Shown: positions 47,737 through 60,082 of the stretch, one piece after another
Position numbering within the stretch: position 1 is the first letter of the stretch
Layout: each line of letters begins with the position of its first letter
IMG/VR virus record: IMGVR_UViG_3300011774_000001
Coordinates: 96,001 to 160,000 of that record
Reading direction: 5' to 3' (one strand)
Origin: a virus
Lineage: Duplodnaviria > Caudoviricetes
Length of the DNA: 64,000 nucleotides
The notes under the pieces: model-generated
Told to the model about the DNA's origin: nothing
Databases searched by the model: none
The model's input: the letters and a program-made list of their open reading frames with translations, nothing else
Position numbers and translations under genes: made by a program

Positions 47737-48538
47737 CAACGTCGACAACATTCGCATCATTGAACCAGACAAGGATGGCTACTTCTCTTTGACCGACGCC
47801 AGTGTCTGCGAAGTCGGTAACGGCGATTTTGTCTTCTTGGGTTATCGCCTCATGCATCTGAACTACGACAGCCCGTGGAGTAAGAAGACCTACGTCGCCA
47901 ACCGCATTTCAATTCAAGCGGCCTACGACTGGTGCAAGAAGGGTGCTGACGGCGTCTATTACGGCGAGTTCAATCATCCGAAGCTGTATGACGAGGCTGC
48001 TTACCCTACCCAGTCGGCCAGATACGAGCGCCTGCAGGAAATCTCGGCTGCCGATGCGGTGGTTCGTTTCGACGACACCTTCGTACTGTTTGAACACCGT
48101 GGGGAACTTATTCTCCCAGGTCCATGGGTGATGGGGTCGTTCACATTACTGTCGAAGAGCCTGAATGGCAAATACCTGATCGACTACCTTAAAGGTGGTG
48201 GGCGCTTCCGGCTGGCGCTGCGCAGTCTGACCAACAATGGGGATTGGGGAAGTAACGATCGAACCATTGGCCAGATGATCACCTTCGATGTTATCACCGA
48301 GGAGATGGATCAGGCCAGTGAAGCCGCTGAGGCCCAGCGCCGTAAAGAGCGTGAGGAGGAACGGCTGGCGCAGAACAAGCGCGATGCGGAAGACCCCTCC
48401 CTGAATGCTCCGTTGGAGTCTCCTGAGAAACCTGTGGTCAGCGACAAGGTCAAAGCCTTGATTAGTCGTACACTGCCTTCTGGTTACGACGAGATAGCCG
48501 AGCCACAACAGTTCCTCGAAAAGCGCGACGGCGAATAA
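47723..48538 (+). CDS. prohead-protease-like paralog, possibly inactive
   Basis: YGEFNHP, ALRSLT, ITFDV resemble T4 gp21/phiKZ gp175-type motifs. Confidence 0.5.
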   Translation: MNSSNNVDNIRIIEPDKDGYFSLTDASVCEVGNGDFVFLGYRLMHLNYDSPWSKKTYVANRISIQAAYDWCKKGADGVYYGEFNHPKLYDEAAYPTQSARYERLQEISAADAVVRFDDTFVLFEHRGELILPGPWVMGSFTLLSKSLNGKYLIDYLKGGGRFRLALRSLTNNGDWGSNDRTIGQMITFDVITEEMDQASEAAEAQRRKEREEERLAQNKRDAEDPSLNAPLESPEKPVVSDKVKALISRTLPSGYDEIAEPQQFLEKRDGE

Positions 48539-48543
48539 CTCAA

Positions 48544-48571
48544 ACTCAAACCTAGATCATTGAATTGAGGG
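48544..48571 (+). promoter_or_regulatory. phage early promoter, copy 4
   Basis: ACTCAAACC-TAGATCAT-TGAATTGAGGG. Confidence 0.65.
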
Positions 48572-48612
48572 CTGTACAAAGTCCTCTTTCATTCATGTAA
48601 AGGAATTTATCC

Positions 48613-49641
48613 GTGTCTGAACTTAACAAAGCTGGACCAGAAACCCCGCTCGGTATCATTGCGTCCGTGTTGACCGTACCGCGTGCCGAACTGGATCGTC
48701 TGGGTTTCGAGGGCAAAGACCCTCGTGAGATTCAGGATGAGCTGTTGGCTGCAGAAAAGCACATCGAACAGATGGTACTGCGCAAACATCTGCCCGATGT
48801 GTTGCTACCTGGAGATCTGGTTCGTCTGATTCAAGACAGTCCAGAATCTCAGTACGTGCTCGTCCATCGGCCAAAGCCAAAGCCTGAAACCGTACGCCAA
48901 CTGACCATCGTGCAGGCGGTCAACGCATTGATGCGTGCGACTGGCAACATCAATCACTTCAGCAAAGAACAGGCTGATGTTGATCACCTGCAAAAGACTT
49001 TGCGTGAAGTCTCAGCGTTCTGGCCTGGCTATGGCTCTGTGATGGCCGAATCGCGCATCAACCTATTGCTGGCTGGTCAGGTGATCAAGGATTACTTCCC
49101 GAACATCGTGACTGGCTTCCCTGGCCTAGGGCAGCGTGCAACCGACCTTATCAAGCGCATGCTGGTACAGCTCGACGGTGTTGATTCCAACGGTGATATC
49201 CCAGAGCGTGTGCGTGGTACCTATACCACTCAGACCTTCTGGCTGGAAGTCATTCGCAAGGCTGAAGAAGCTCAGGCGCTGTGGCACGAGATGTACAACA
49301 TCGAAGTTGAGCGCAAGAAGAACCCAGGCAAGGTTCGGGTCGGCAAGCAGTGGATGGAATACGGCTCAGTGTTCCTCGACGGTAACCAAACCGAGATGGT
49401 GGTGATCAACCATCAGACCCTGCCGAAGCAAACACTGGAACTCAAGGCGCAGGGTTTCGAAAACACACTGGCGCAAATGCCGCGCGAGTTTGCTCAGCCT
49501 GCGATTGACGTGGTCAACTCGTTGGGCGGCAACATGTTTGCAGCAGTGTGCCGCGCTGGCATGGCCCGCATTGCGCATGAAGTGTCTGTCTGTCAAGAGG
49601 CCTTTGAAAAGTCTCAAGCCAAAGAAACTCAATCGGAGTAA
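48613..49641 (+). CDS. hypothetical protein
   Basis: GTG start, SD AAGGA. Confidence 0.75.
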   Translation: MSELNKAGPETPLGIIASVLTVPRAELDRLGFEGKDPREIQDELLAAEKHIEQMVLRKHLPDVLLPGDLVRLIQDSPESQYVLVHRPKPKPETVRQLTIVQAVNALMRATGNINHFSKEQADVDHLQKTLREVSAFWPGYGSVMAESRINLLLAGQVIKDYFPNIVTGFPGLGQRATDLIKRMLVQLDGVDSNGDIPERVRGTYTTQTFWLEVIRKAEEAQALWHEMYNIEVERKKNPGKVRVGKQWMEYGSVFLDGNQTEMVVINHQTLPKQTLELKAQGFENTLAQMPREFAQPAIDVVNSLGGNMFAAVCRAGMARIAHEVSVCQEAFEKSQAKETQSE

Positions 49642-49643
49642 TC

Positions 49644-50312
49644 ATGGAAAAGTCACCGGGCGTACCTGTAAATCCTTTCGATGGTCCAGAGTTTGACGAG
49701 TCCATTAAGGACACGCAGAACGCCCTGACTCGGATTACCGAAGATCTCAAGTCACGCAGCTGGAATAGATCTGAACCTACTCAGGAAGGCGGGTTGATGG
49801 TCGGCCCTGGGTCCCCGCTCTATGGTCGGCGGGTCATGCGTGATCCAAAAGAACTGTTGGCCAGTTTCCCAGCTGAAATGGTTGAGGAGATGAAGGTTGA
49901 GCTAGCAACTAAATGGGCAGGAGGTATCATGGCAGAAAACATGCGCACGGCACACTGCGAGTTGCCAGAGATCAAGGGGGTGATGACCAGCAATGGTCTT
50001 TACATACCGGTTCACCCAAAGAACCTTAACGACTATGAGGTCTCTGCGTTGGGGTTGAAATATAACCTCTACCCAGCGGGCCAAGTACCGGAAGACGAGC
50101 GGGCAAATCTGGAGGCATGGCTGGAAAGCAATCGTGGCAAAATAGCCTGGAGCGCTTCCAATGTCTCCAAGGAAGATATGGACAGATTGAGGAACGGCAC
50201 ATTGGCGATACGACGGGTGCCTGGAATCAGGTTGAAGATCAGCGTCCCCACCGATGCTGCCTTTTACGAAGATCAATCAAAATCTGCAGAACTACGCGAA
50301 CAAGAGGAATAA
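49644..50312 (+). CDS. hypothetical protein
   Basis: SD GGAG. Confidence 0.7.
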   Translation: MEKSPGVPVNPFDGPEFDESIKDTQNALTRITEDLKSRSWNRSEPTQEGGLMVGPGSPLYGRRVMRDPKELLASFPAEMVEEMKVELATKWAGGIMAENMRTAHCELPEIKGVMTSNGLYIPVHPKNLNDYEVSALGLKYNLYPAGQVPEDERANLEAWLESNRGKIAWSASNVSKEDMDRLRNGTLAIRRVPGIRLKISVPTDAAFYEDQSKSAELREQEE

Positions 50313-50315
50313 GTT

Positions 50316-51005
50316 GTGTCCAAGGCTAAGAAGTTCTTTGTTGAATCTGCTAAGCAAGCAGCGGCCGCAAAGATAGAAGAAGAGAAACGTTTGGCTGCTG
50401 AAAAGAAGCGCCAGGAAGAAGAAGAGAAACAGGCTCGGCGGGATTACCTGCTGGAGAACCCGTACACCACTCTCGACACTCTCCTGATTCTGGCACTGAT
50501 GGAAAAGTTTCATGGCCAAGTCAACTTCTCAGGGAAGCCTCAGAAATGGCTGGACAAGTTGTGGGAGATCAAGGACTACGTGGCCCCGGCTGTCGTAACC
50601 ACGATCGTTCAACCACTGCTCAAAACCCCACTACCTTTCAAAGAACTGACAGGTATGGTGGATAACTACCTGACCCTGGGTACCGCCACCGAAGACTTCA
50701 TTGCCCAGAAGTACCACGGCATGCTGATCTACGAAAAGCAGATCTATCCGATCAAGCTCTACGTGGAAGAAGAAGTTGGGTACAAGTGGGTAACGACCAA
50801 CGAAACACAGATCATGCGAATGGCCGCTCACGTTGCTTGTGAGATGTTCGATCTCGAAACGATCCAGTGTCACGTTATGTTCTTCGCAGCGTTCAACATG
50901 TCTGGTCGCATGGCGTCCGTAGGGCATCGCCGTGTCGACATCAAGGAGGCCTTCCCAGATCAGGATGAGGCCAACGTAGTTAACCTGGTTCGAGTGGTGG
51001 CGTAA
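50316..51005 (+). CDS. hypothetical protein with N-terminal coiled coil
   Basis: SD GAGG. Confidence 0.7.
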   Translation: MSKAKKFFVESAKQAAAAKIEEEKRLAAEKKRQEEEEKQARRDYLLENPYTTLDTLLILALMEKFHGQVNFSGKPQKWLDKLWEIKDYVAPAVVTTIVQPLLKTPLPFKELTGMVDNYLTLGTATEDFIAQKYHGMLIYEKQIYPIKLYVEEEVGYKWVTTNETQIMRMAAHVACEMFDLETIQCHVMFFAAFNMSGRMASVGHRRVDIKEAFPDQDEANVVNLVRVVA

Positions 51006-51418
51006 TGGCAAAGATCATCTGTGCGTTCCCCGGTACCAGTAGCGGTGCCCTACTCGTTCTTCTTAAGTATCGGAAGGATGGTCAGGTTATCGATCGAGAT
51101 TGGTCCGGCGCGATCAAGGACATAGAACGCAAGGTGGAAACCACGGACGTCCTTATCCTAAAGGCTGTTCCGTGTGTGATTGACAAGTTGATCTCCCTCG
51201 GGGTGGAGTTTGACTTGGTGTACCCAGACCCTGTGCTGTCCCCTACCCGTTTCACCTCTATCCTTGCGATGGAAGGAATGCGGTTGGCTGAAATTCATGA
51301 CGCCATTCACAACTGGCGCAATGACCTGCAAGTGTTGCAAAGTTACAGACAACCGAATGTAACTCACATCGTTCTCGACGAAGGACAATCCATCGTTGAC
51401 ACCCATGGAGTAAAGTAA
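51005..51418 (+). CDS. degenerate P-loop-like protein
   Basis: IICAFPGTSS where this family usually has AFPGTGK. Confidence 0.55.
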   Translation: MAKIICAFPGTSSGALLVLLKYRKDGQVIDRDWSGAIKDIERKVETTDVLILKAVPCVIDKLISLGVEFDLVYPDPVLSPTRFTSILAMEGMRLAEIHDAIHNWRNDLQVLQSYRQPNVTHIVLDEGQSIVDTHGVK

Positions 51419-51419
51419 T

Positions 51420-52085
51420 ATGGGCGAAGTAGTAGAAATTCGTAAAGGCGTATTGGAGATTCAGAACCGACACGCTCCTGGCAAACTGCGCGGCTTCTAC
51501 CGTGCGCTTTGTAAAAGTCATCAGGCCGCTGGCCGTGGTGGTTGGTCGTCTGCGAATATGCTGACGGCAGCCATCATCAAACAAATGCTGGACCACGGCA
51601 ACAAGCTGTGGTGGGACTTGGTCGATCTTGAGTTTGGATCGCTCACTTCCCCAGATAGTTCCAAGGATGAAATTGGCATCCGTACCCTGGCGGGTGAAAC
51701 CTTCAATGGTGTCCCTAGTCAACCGTTCATAATCGCCATGGCGGTTACCCACCAGAACGGCATTCGCCAAGAGATTCACGAGTGCTTCCAGAGCATCACA
51801 CCGGCTGAGGTCAATGCTCGGGTAGCAGAGATGCTGTCTGATCGTGACTTCCCAACAGGTGGTCTGGACCCGATGATGCTGCGTGTGGGGGATGCCATTG
51901 CCATGACTAATCTCAAAGTCGAGTCTGTTCTCGACAAACACAGCCACATCAAGCTGAACCTGCAAGACCCGAATGAGGAAGGACATTTCACTTCCTACAC
52001 GGTGTACATTTATCCCGATACCCTGCGCAAGGATATCGATCTCATCAAAGCTTCTCTCGCTACCCAGGAAGGAAAAAAGCAATGA
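51420..52085 (+). CDS. hypothetical protein
   Basis: SD GGAG. Confidence 0.7.
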   Translation: MGEVVEIRKGVLEIQNRHAPGKLRGFYRALCKSHQAAGRGGWSSANMLTAAIIKQMLDHGNKLWWDLVDLEFGSLTSPDSSKDEIGIRTLAGETFNGVPSQPFIIAMAVTHQNGIRQEIHECFQSITPAEVNARVAEMLSDRDFPTGGLDPMMLRVGDAIAMTNLKVESVLDKHSHIKLNLQDPNEEGHFTSYTVYIYPDTLRKDIDLIKASLATQEGKKQ

Positions 52086-52363
52086 GCGTCTCTGTCAATC
52101 AACTGCAGGCTGAAATCCGTGAAGTGGAGGGCGTCGATGTTGTCGTCCATTCGGCTAAGCCTGGTGAGATGTTTCCTTCCTACAAAGAGCAGTGGCACAA
52201 AGGTCTGAGCAACGAGCGCACCCTGTCGGCATTCAAGCGTCGACTGGAGCACTGTCTGCGCGGTCATAGCTACGGCATCAACAAATCCGATGGCAACAAA
52301 ACGCAAGGCGCTGGCAACATCTACATGGGCACCATTCGTGGTGTCGAAGTAGCGAAGGCATAA
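52082..52363 (+). CDS. small protein, paralog of 61119..61415
   Basis: V.QL..EI...EGV.VVVH shared. Confidence 0.7.
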   Translation: MSVSVNQLQAEIREVEGVDVVVHSAKPGEMFPSYKEQWHKGLSNERTLSAFKRRLEHCLRGHSYGINKSDGNKTQGAGNIYMGTIRGVEVAKA

Positions 52364-52400
52364 GTGCTGCCCCCTCCCTTCGGGGAGGGGGTTTATGCTC
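52357..52400 (+). terminator. hairpin flanked by GGCATA/TTTATGC
   Basis: GCCCCCTCCC-cTTCGg-GGGAGGGGGT. Confidence 0.8.
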
Positions 52401-52429
52401 CACCATTTTTTCTTTTTGTTTCAACCGAT

Positions 52430-52457
52430 ATTCAAACCTAAAGTATCCATTTGAATG
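52430..52457 (+). promoter_or_regulatory. phage early promoter, copy 5
   Basis: ATTCAAACC-TAAAGTAT-CCATTTGAATG. Confidence 0.75.
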
Positions 52458-52481
52458 TACCCTCATTAAACGGAGTTTACC

Positions 52482-52763
52482 ATGAAATTGTTTCAAGCCC
52501 TGTTGATCTCTGTGATGTTCTCTCAGAGTGCCTTGGCTATGTCGTCGGACAAACCCCACATCAGCGTAGACCGACTCATTGAGTTGGCTAAAGATCAGGG
52601 GCTGGCGGTTGCTCAGTGTCGTTATGGGCTGTGTCGCGATACAGAAGATGGCTACTATGTGAGCATCCCTGGTGCGGGCAAAGACGGCTACTATGCCTAC
52701 GACCCATTGACCACCACCCCATCTGAAGGCTTTGGCTCAGACCTGCCTGAGAACAAGGAATAA
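52482..52763 (+). CDS. small secreted protein
   Basis: Sec signal ending ALA; Cys pair. Confidence 0.7.
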   Translation: MKLFQALLISVMFSQSALAMSSDKPHISVDRLIELAKDQGLAVAQCRYGLCRDTEDGYYVSIPGAGKDGYYAYDPLTTTPSEGFGSDLPENKE

Positions 52764-52765
52764 TC

Positions 52766-53800
52766 ATGAACGCAAACACGCTCTTCCAGCGAGCAGCGAG
52801 TAAGTCAAAAATCCTGCGCCGTGAAGAATCGCTGGGTTACATCGAGCCTTGCCTCGATGCCCTGGCTAAGCAGAAGACCTTTCAATGGCTGGGGGTCGAT
52901 GATCAAGACGACGTGATGGCCTGCATTCGTGAAATGCGTGCAGGCTTTGATACAGCCATTCACCATTACACCCAATACGGTCGAGCGTACATGCCCCTTA
53001 TTGAAACCTCGATTGCACACAGCATCTCGTGGTTCTTTGTGGCGGCCTACGTGATGATGACCCGTGGTGGCATTTACCAGTCCCGAGTGGGCAGTGTGAT
53101 GCGTGGGTTCTTCGGCAACGCTCAGGCGGTGGTGGCCGTGTCCAATACCCTGCTGGATCTGGTGCACGATCATCGCAAATGGTCCAAGGGTGAGTCTGAG
53201 TTGGAACGTGTCTGCATGCTGATGGGGATTCCTTATCAGCCGATCCACATGTTCCCAGACCACGACGACGTTCTGATGGTTGCCAACATCGTTGGCTTCC
53301 GTCGGGGTGAGGTCATGTCGTGCAAAGGTTACGAAGGCTTTGACGATGCAGTGATCAACGATGAGGTGGAGAACTATGTTCCGCCTAACGTGTTCGGACT
53401 ACTGGATGAGGATCAAGGACAACTGCTGCGCCGTTCGTATGTCTTCAACTACAATGCCGTGCGCACCATGGTTCCGTATTACCTGACAGTGCCTGTGCCT
53501 GAAGGCAAGGATGTTGAGGTCGTTCATGCGGCCTTGATTGCAGCGATGTGCGTAAAGCCAGACGACACCGACCCTGGTATTCAAGATGACATTCGCGAGA
53601 TGTTGGCTTGGACCAGACGGGGTAGACTGAACCCTATCCCATTGATGCGTAGTGACAATCTGTCCAATCGCATGCAACAGCGGTTTGGCTTTCATTTGAC
53701 GGTGGAACGTAACAATCCCTCGCAAATGCAGTTGTTGCACATGGTCTCAATCTTTGCGTTGAGTTTGACTCCAGACAACCCGTACCTCGGTGTTAACTGA
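52766..53800 (+). CDS. hypothetical protein, paralog of 55800..57080
   Basis: Shared PD..DV..VANI.G motif. Confidence 0.75.
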   Translation: MNANTLFQRAASKSKILRREESLGYIEPCLDALAKQKTFQWLGVDDQDDVMACIREMRAGFDTAIHHYTQYGRAYMPLIETSIAHSISWFFVAAYVMMTRGGIYQSRVGSVMRGFFGNAQAVVAVSNTLLDLVHDHRKWSKGESELERVCMLMGIPYQPIHMFPDHDDVLMVANIVGFRRGEVMSCKGYEGFDDAVINDEVENYVPPNVFGLLDEDQGQLLRRSYVFNYNAVRTMVPYYLTVPVPEGKDVEVVHAALIAAMCVKPDDTDPGIQDDIREMLAWTRRGRLNPIPLMRSDNLSNRMQQRFGFHLTVERNNPSQMQLLHMVSIFALSLTPDNPYLGVN

Positions 53801-53886
53801 GTACAGGTTGGAGATACCCGATGGCTTATGCTGTGATTGACGCCAACTCAATCGGGTCTAACTCAACATAGGAGCGATCGGATGGT

Positions 53887-54420
53887 TTGCGCCTGACGAT
53901 CTGTGACAATATGCCAAAACAAACCAAGATCTTCTACACCTCCAGCATGGGGCAGGGGAGTGCAGAGTTCACCTTAGTTCAGGATTACACTGGACGAGGT
54001 GTTTACATCGGTAAGCGTAAGCTGGCTGACGACAAAGAGCTGGCTCTCTACCATGAGCAACTGCTTGCCGACCGCATGACTATTCCAGAGGGTACTTCCT
54101 ATGTGACGGTCATGCGCCCCTTCGTGATGGGCGATCTCATCAACGATGGTCCTGATCTGGCCAAGAGCCTGTACGCGACCATCGAGAATCACATGGACGC
54201 AGACTTCAATCGACGGAAGGCTGTGGTCTGCGAACGAGTGTGTTATGTGGGCACCGACTTCGCTGGGCGGCTGGATAAAATCCGGCCACTGCTGAATGCT
54301 TTCGATCGAGAGATCATTCGCCACAAGTTGGCAGATGCTCTTCTCAACAACCTGCCGGTCAACAGTCGTTATGTGTTTGACCGCTATCAATTGCAACGCT
54401 TGAGAGAACTCAGGGGGTAA
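53887..54420 (+). CDS. hypothetical protein (start uncertain; ATG at 53911)
   Basis: ORF. Confidence 0.65.
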   Translation: MRLTICDNMPKQTKIFYTSSMGQGSAEFTLVQDYTGRGVYIGKRKLADDKELALYHEQLLADRMTIPEGTSYVTVMRPFVMGDLINDGPDLAKSLYATIENHMDADFNRRKAVVCERVCYVGTDFAGRLDKIRPLLNAFDREIIRHKLADALLNNLPVNSRYVFDRYQLQRLRELRG

Positions 54421-54422
54421 GG

Positions 54423-55520
54423 GTGAATCAATACGAATATCTTCAGCTCATGCTGGGGGCCAAGTATCAGTTGGAGAAGGACGATCTTCTACTGATCACG
54501 GCAATCGCAACGGTTCTGCGTGGTCGCAACATTGAGGTGACCTTTGCGTCGGCTCCATTGTTCGGTCAACTGAACGGTGAAGAAGGGCACAGTGAACGCC
54601 ACCAGCTTTACAAGGTGGTGACTCAGGGCATGGCGTACTGGGAACTGACTCAGGCGCTGGGCGGTGTGGACAACAAGTATCGCGCTGCCAGCTACCTGCG
54701 TGAGATCATGAACGGTCGTGGCGGTACCCCAAGCATCCGTAAGGTTGCCATGGTGCTGGTTAGCGAGTGGGAAGTGCCTGCTCCTCCACCTGTGTCTGCA
54801 GAAGACATGGCCGGCACTGACCGTCAGGATGAAGCTCGTCCTGCACACGATGGCTGGCTTGCCACTGGCAAGTACAAGGTTGAAGGCGAGGAAGGTGAAA
54901 AGACCTACGACCTGGACGCCAAGAACGGCGAAGACGGCGAGCCTGCCGTGGTCACCATCGCTCGTCTGATTCGTGCGTCGTGGGACCCTGTGCTCAATCA
55001 GGTTGATCCTGTCCGTCTGGAAAAGGTCAGCCTCATGTTGGGTCATGTTCTGATGGGTGAGCGTCAGCAAATGATCGCTCAGCTGGAAGAAGCGAAGAAA
55101 GCGGCCAAGCCAGAACCGGTCAGCATCTGGCCGAAGAACAAAGAACACTGGATCTTCGATGCGCGTTACTCGGCCCTGCAAGCGCCGTGGGCTCTGAACA
55201 AAGACTACCCTTGCCGTCAGGCGATCGAAGACGTTGTTCGTAGCGCAGCACGCTTTGCGGTGTCTCGTGCCAGTGGCATGGGTAACAGTCGTGTGTTCAA
55301 CATTGAAGGCTTTGTCGAAAACGTTGTCCTCGGCCTGTTTGGCGATGGTACCAACGAAAAAGACTTCGACTTCAGCAAACTGGTGTTCCGTGAAAAGACA
55401 CCAGCAGCGGAGGCGGCAGGTACCACCATCCACTTTGAAGCACCGCTGGAAGCAGCCGCCACGCCGGCACCTGCTGCAGAACCTGCAGGGGGCGAAAGCG
55501 AGGCTGAAGTGGGAAAGTAA
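54423..55520 (+). CDS. hypothetical protein ending at a -1 slippery site
   Basis: Ends GTG GGA AAG TAA. Confidence 0.8.
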   Translation: MNQYEYLQLMLGAKYQLEKDDLLLITAIATVLRGRNIEVTFASAPLFGQLNGEEGHSERHQLYKVVTQGMAYWELTQALGGVDNKYRAASYLREIMNGRGGTPSIRKVAMVLVSEWEVPAPPPVSAEDMAGTDRQDEARPAHDGWLATGKYKVEGEEGEKTYDLDAKNGEDGEPAVVTIARLIRASWDPVLNQVDPVRLEKVSLMLGHVLMGERQQMIAQLEEAKKAAKPEPVSIWPKNKEHWIFDARYSALQAPWALNKDYPCRQAIEDVVRSAARFAVSRASGMGNSRVFNIEGFVENVVLGLFGDGTNEKDFDFSKLVFREKTPAAEAAGTTIHFEAPLEAAATPAPAAEPAGGESEAEVGK

Positions 55521-55744
55521 GTGCTGAGGTAGCCAGTAAGGTATCTGCAGCATCCAACTTCCCTCAGGCTCCAGTAGAAACAGCAGAAGAAACCATTCTG
55601 CCAGTCAGTGAACGTGGGGCACCTGCCAGTACGCCATTGATTGAAAAGCTGCAAGCCCAAAAGACTGCGGCTAAACCCGTAGCCAAGAAGCCAGCAGCAA
55701 AACCTGCAGCAAAATCGCGCACCGCGCGCAAACCTACCAAGTAA
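55511..55744 (+). other. programmed -1 frameshift site and 75-aa extension with AlgP/histone-like KPAA tail
   Basis: G_GGA_AAG heptamer; hairpin 55521-55553; ATG-less open -1 frame. Confidence 0.7.
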
Positions 55745-55751
55745 CACATCT

Positions 55752-55783
55752 GGCTCACTCCCGGTCGGGGGTGGGCCTTATGC
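55752..55783 (+). terminator. hairpin + TTATGCC
   Basis: GGCTCACTCCC-GGTC-GGGGGTGGGCC-TTATGCC, right after the extension's stop. Confidence 0.7.
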
Positions 55784-55799
55784 CATCGGAGAGAAACAC

Positions 55800-57080
55800 A
55801 TGAATTCTACTCGTCACAAAATCGCAGCTGGTGTTTACCTGACCCAACTCATGTTGCGTTGTCAGATCAGCGACATGGCGCACACCTTGAACGTTGCCGA
55901 CGAGGCTTCGTTCCGCAAAGAAGTCTTCCATGGTGACGCCCAAGACCAGAACAGAACTCTGGCCGCCCAATGCTGGTCCACAGTGCGGGCGATCGCTTTG
56001 GGTCATCGTGGTTTCCTGCAGGCCCTGCGCTTGCACGAAGACCTCTTTACCCCAGGCGTGCTGGCGACACTTACTCGCCACCTGCTCAACGACCCTGATG
56101 TCGATTGGAATGACGTGGGCTGTTTCCTGGCTGGCACGGCTGAGCAGTTCAAGTTGGATATCTTGCTTAACAACCACTTGGAGCGCCCCATCTCGCAGCA
56201 GACAGGGAGTGCTGTTCGCGAGGTGTTGGAGCAGGCTGCAAACATCTTTGACAATGCTCGGACCTATAACGAGACCTTTGTCAAGTCTTCTGTGTTCCGC
56301 TATGCTGATCTATGGACTCGGATGTTCCACAATCCGCGGGAGCTGATGCGTGCCCTGGACGAGGTGGGTATCAAGCAGGGTCCTGATGATTCCGAAGACG
56401 TCAATGCAGTGGCCAACATCATGGGTGGTGAACCTGATGGTGTGTTCGAGGCTTTCTGTATTCGTCACAGCCTGGGGTTGGAATCTGCCAAGGCCTGGGA
56501 AGAGCAGATGGTCACTTGGGGCTACCGCGAATATGCGGGGGCCACTCGCGGCATGATGGCTGATGGTCGTGCTGAATTCAAGACATTCATGGCCAGTGCC
56601 GTTGCTGCCGGCTATCCTGTCTACATTCAGGACAAGCACCTGTCTGACTTTGAAGACTTGTTGATCAAGATCCCTGGCGCCACCACCGACGAAGAACGGG
56701 ACATGGTGGAAAACCTAATCCACTGCATCGCACCGATCCTGTACTTTGAACTGTGTGAACATGGCGTGCGTCGCTCTGCTCGCTGGCGTGGTATTCGCCT
56801 GTCCTCCTACTACGAAGAAATGATCGATGAGCTGGAGAACTATGAGGGTTCTGGTTGGCTGCCATTGGTTCGTCTGGAAACCATGCGCTTCGCCAATCGT
56901 CGCTTTGATCGGCAAACCATCTTCACCCCGTATGAAGAAGAAGCCTTGAAGCAGATCGAGAAAGCCAAACTGTTGGCCAGCAAACCTCAAGCAACCTTCC
57001 GTCACACCTACCTGGTTCAGGAACTGCTGCGCGTCATTGAAGACGACTTCTATCACCTGAACTTCTTCGGCCACAACTAA
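55800..57080 (+). CDS. hypothetical protein, paralog of 52766..53800
   Basis: 426-aa ORF, SD GGAG. Confidence 0.75.
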   Translation: MNSTRHKIAAGVYLTQLMLRCQISDMAHTLNVADEASFRKEVFHGDAQDQNRTLAAQCWSTVRAIALGHRGFLQALRLHEDLFTPGVLATLTRHLLNDPDVDWNDVGCFLAGTAEQFKLDILLNNHLERPISQQTGSAVREVLEQAANIFDNARTYNETFVKSSVFRYADLWTRMFHNPRELMRALDEVGIKQGPDDSEDVNAVANIMGGEPDGVFEAFCIRHSLGLESAKAWEEQMVTWGYREYAGATRGMMADGRAEFKTFMASAVAAGYPVYIQDKHLSDFEDLLIKIPGATTDEERDMVENLIHCIAPILYFELCEHGVRRSARWRGIRLSSYYEEMIDELENYEGSGWLPLVRLETMRFANRRFDRQTIFTPYEEEALKQIEKAKLLASKPQATFRHTYLVQELLRVIEDDFYHLNFFGHN

Positions 57081-57081
57081 C

Positions 57082-57136
57082 GGCATAGCCTCCCCTCCCT
57101 TGCGGGAGGGGAGGCCTGCTTACCACTCTTTTTTTT

Positions 57137-57139
<3 letters not shown>
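57082..57139. terminator. bidirectional terminator
   Basis: GGCATA-GCCTCCCCTCCC-TTGC-GGGAGGGGAGGC, then T-tract. Confidence 0.8.
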
Positions 57140-59779
<2,640 letters not shown>

Positions 59780-59780
<1 letters not shown>

Positions 59781-60016
59781 TAACACTTCTCCAGTTTGGC
59801 TTTGACCAGTGTCAGATGTTCACAATTCGCCACCAACACCTCTTCGCTAGACGTGTATGTGGTAAACACCACCATGCTCGGGAAGTTGGTGGGGCGACCA
59901 TCCAGTCGCTCGTGACTATCGTGTTTGTCGAAATGCTTGACTGCCTGATCGAAGCCTTTTGCATTCTTTACGACATACACTGGACCGTAGATGTGTTCGA
60001 AGTTTGCTTGACTCAT
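59780..60016 (-). CDS. hypothetical protein
   Basis: SD GGAG. Confidence 0.65.
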
Positions 60017-60082
60017 ACTCACTCCAACGCGTTTAGAAAAGAAGCTAGACTATCTCCCACATGCTTGCCGTTTTAAGTGTTA

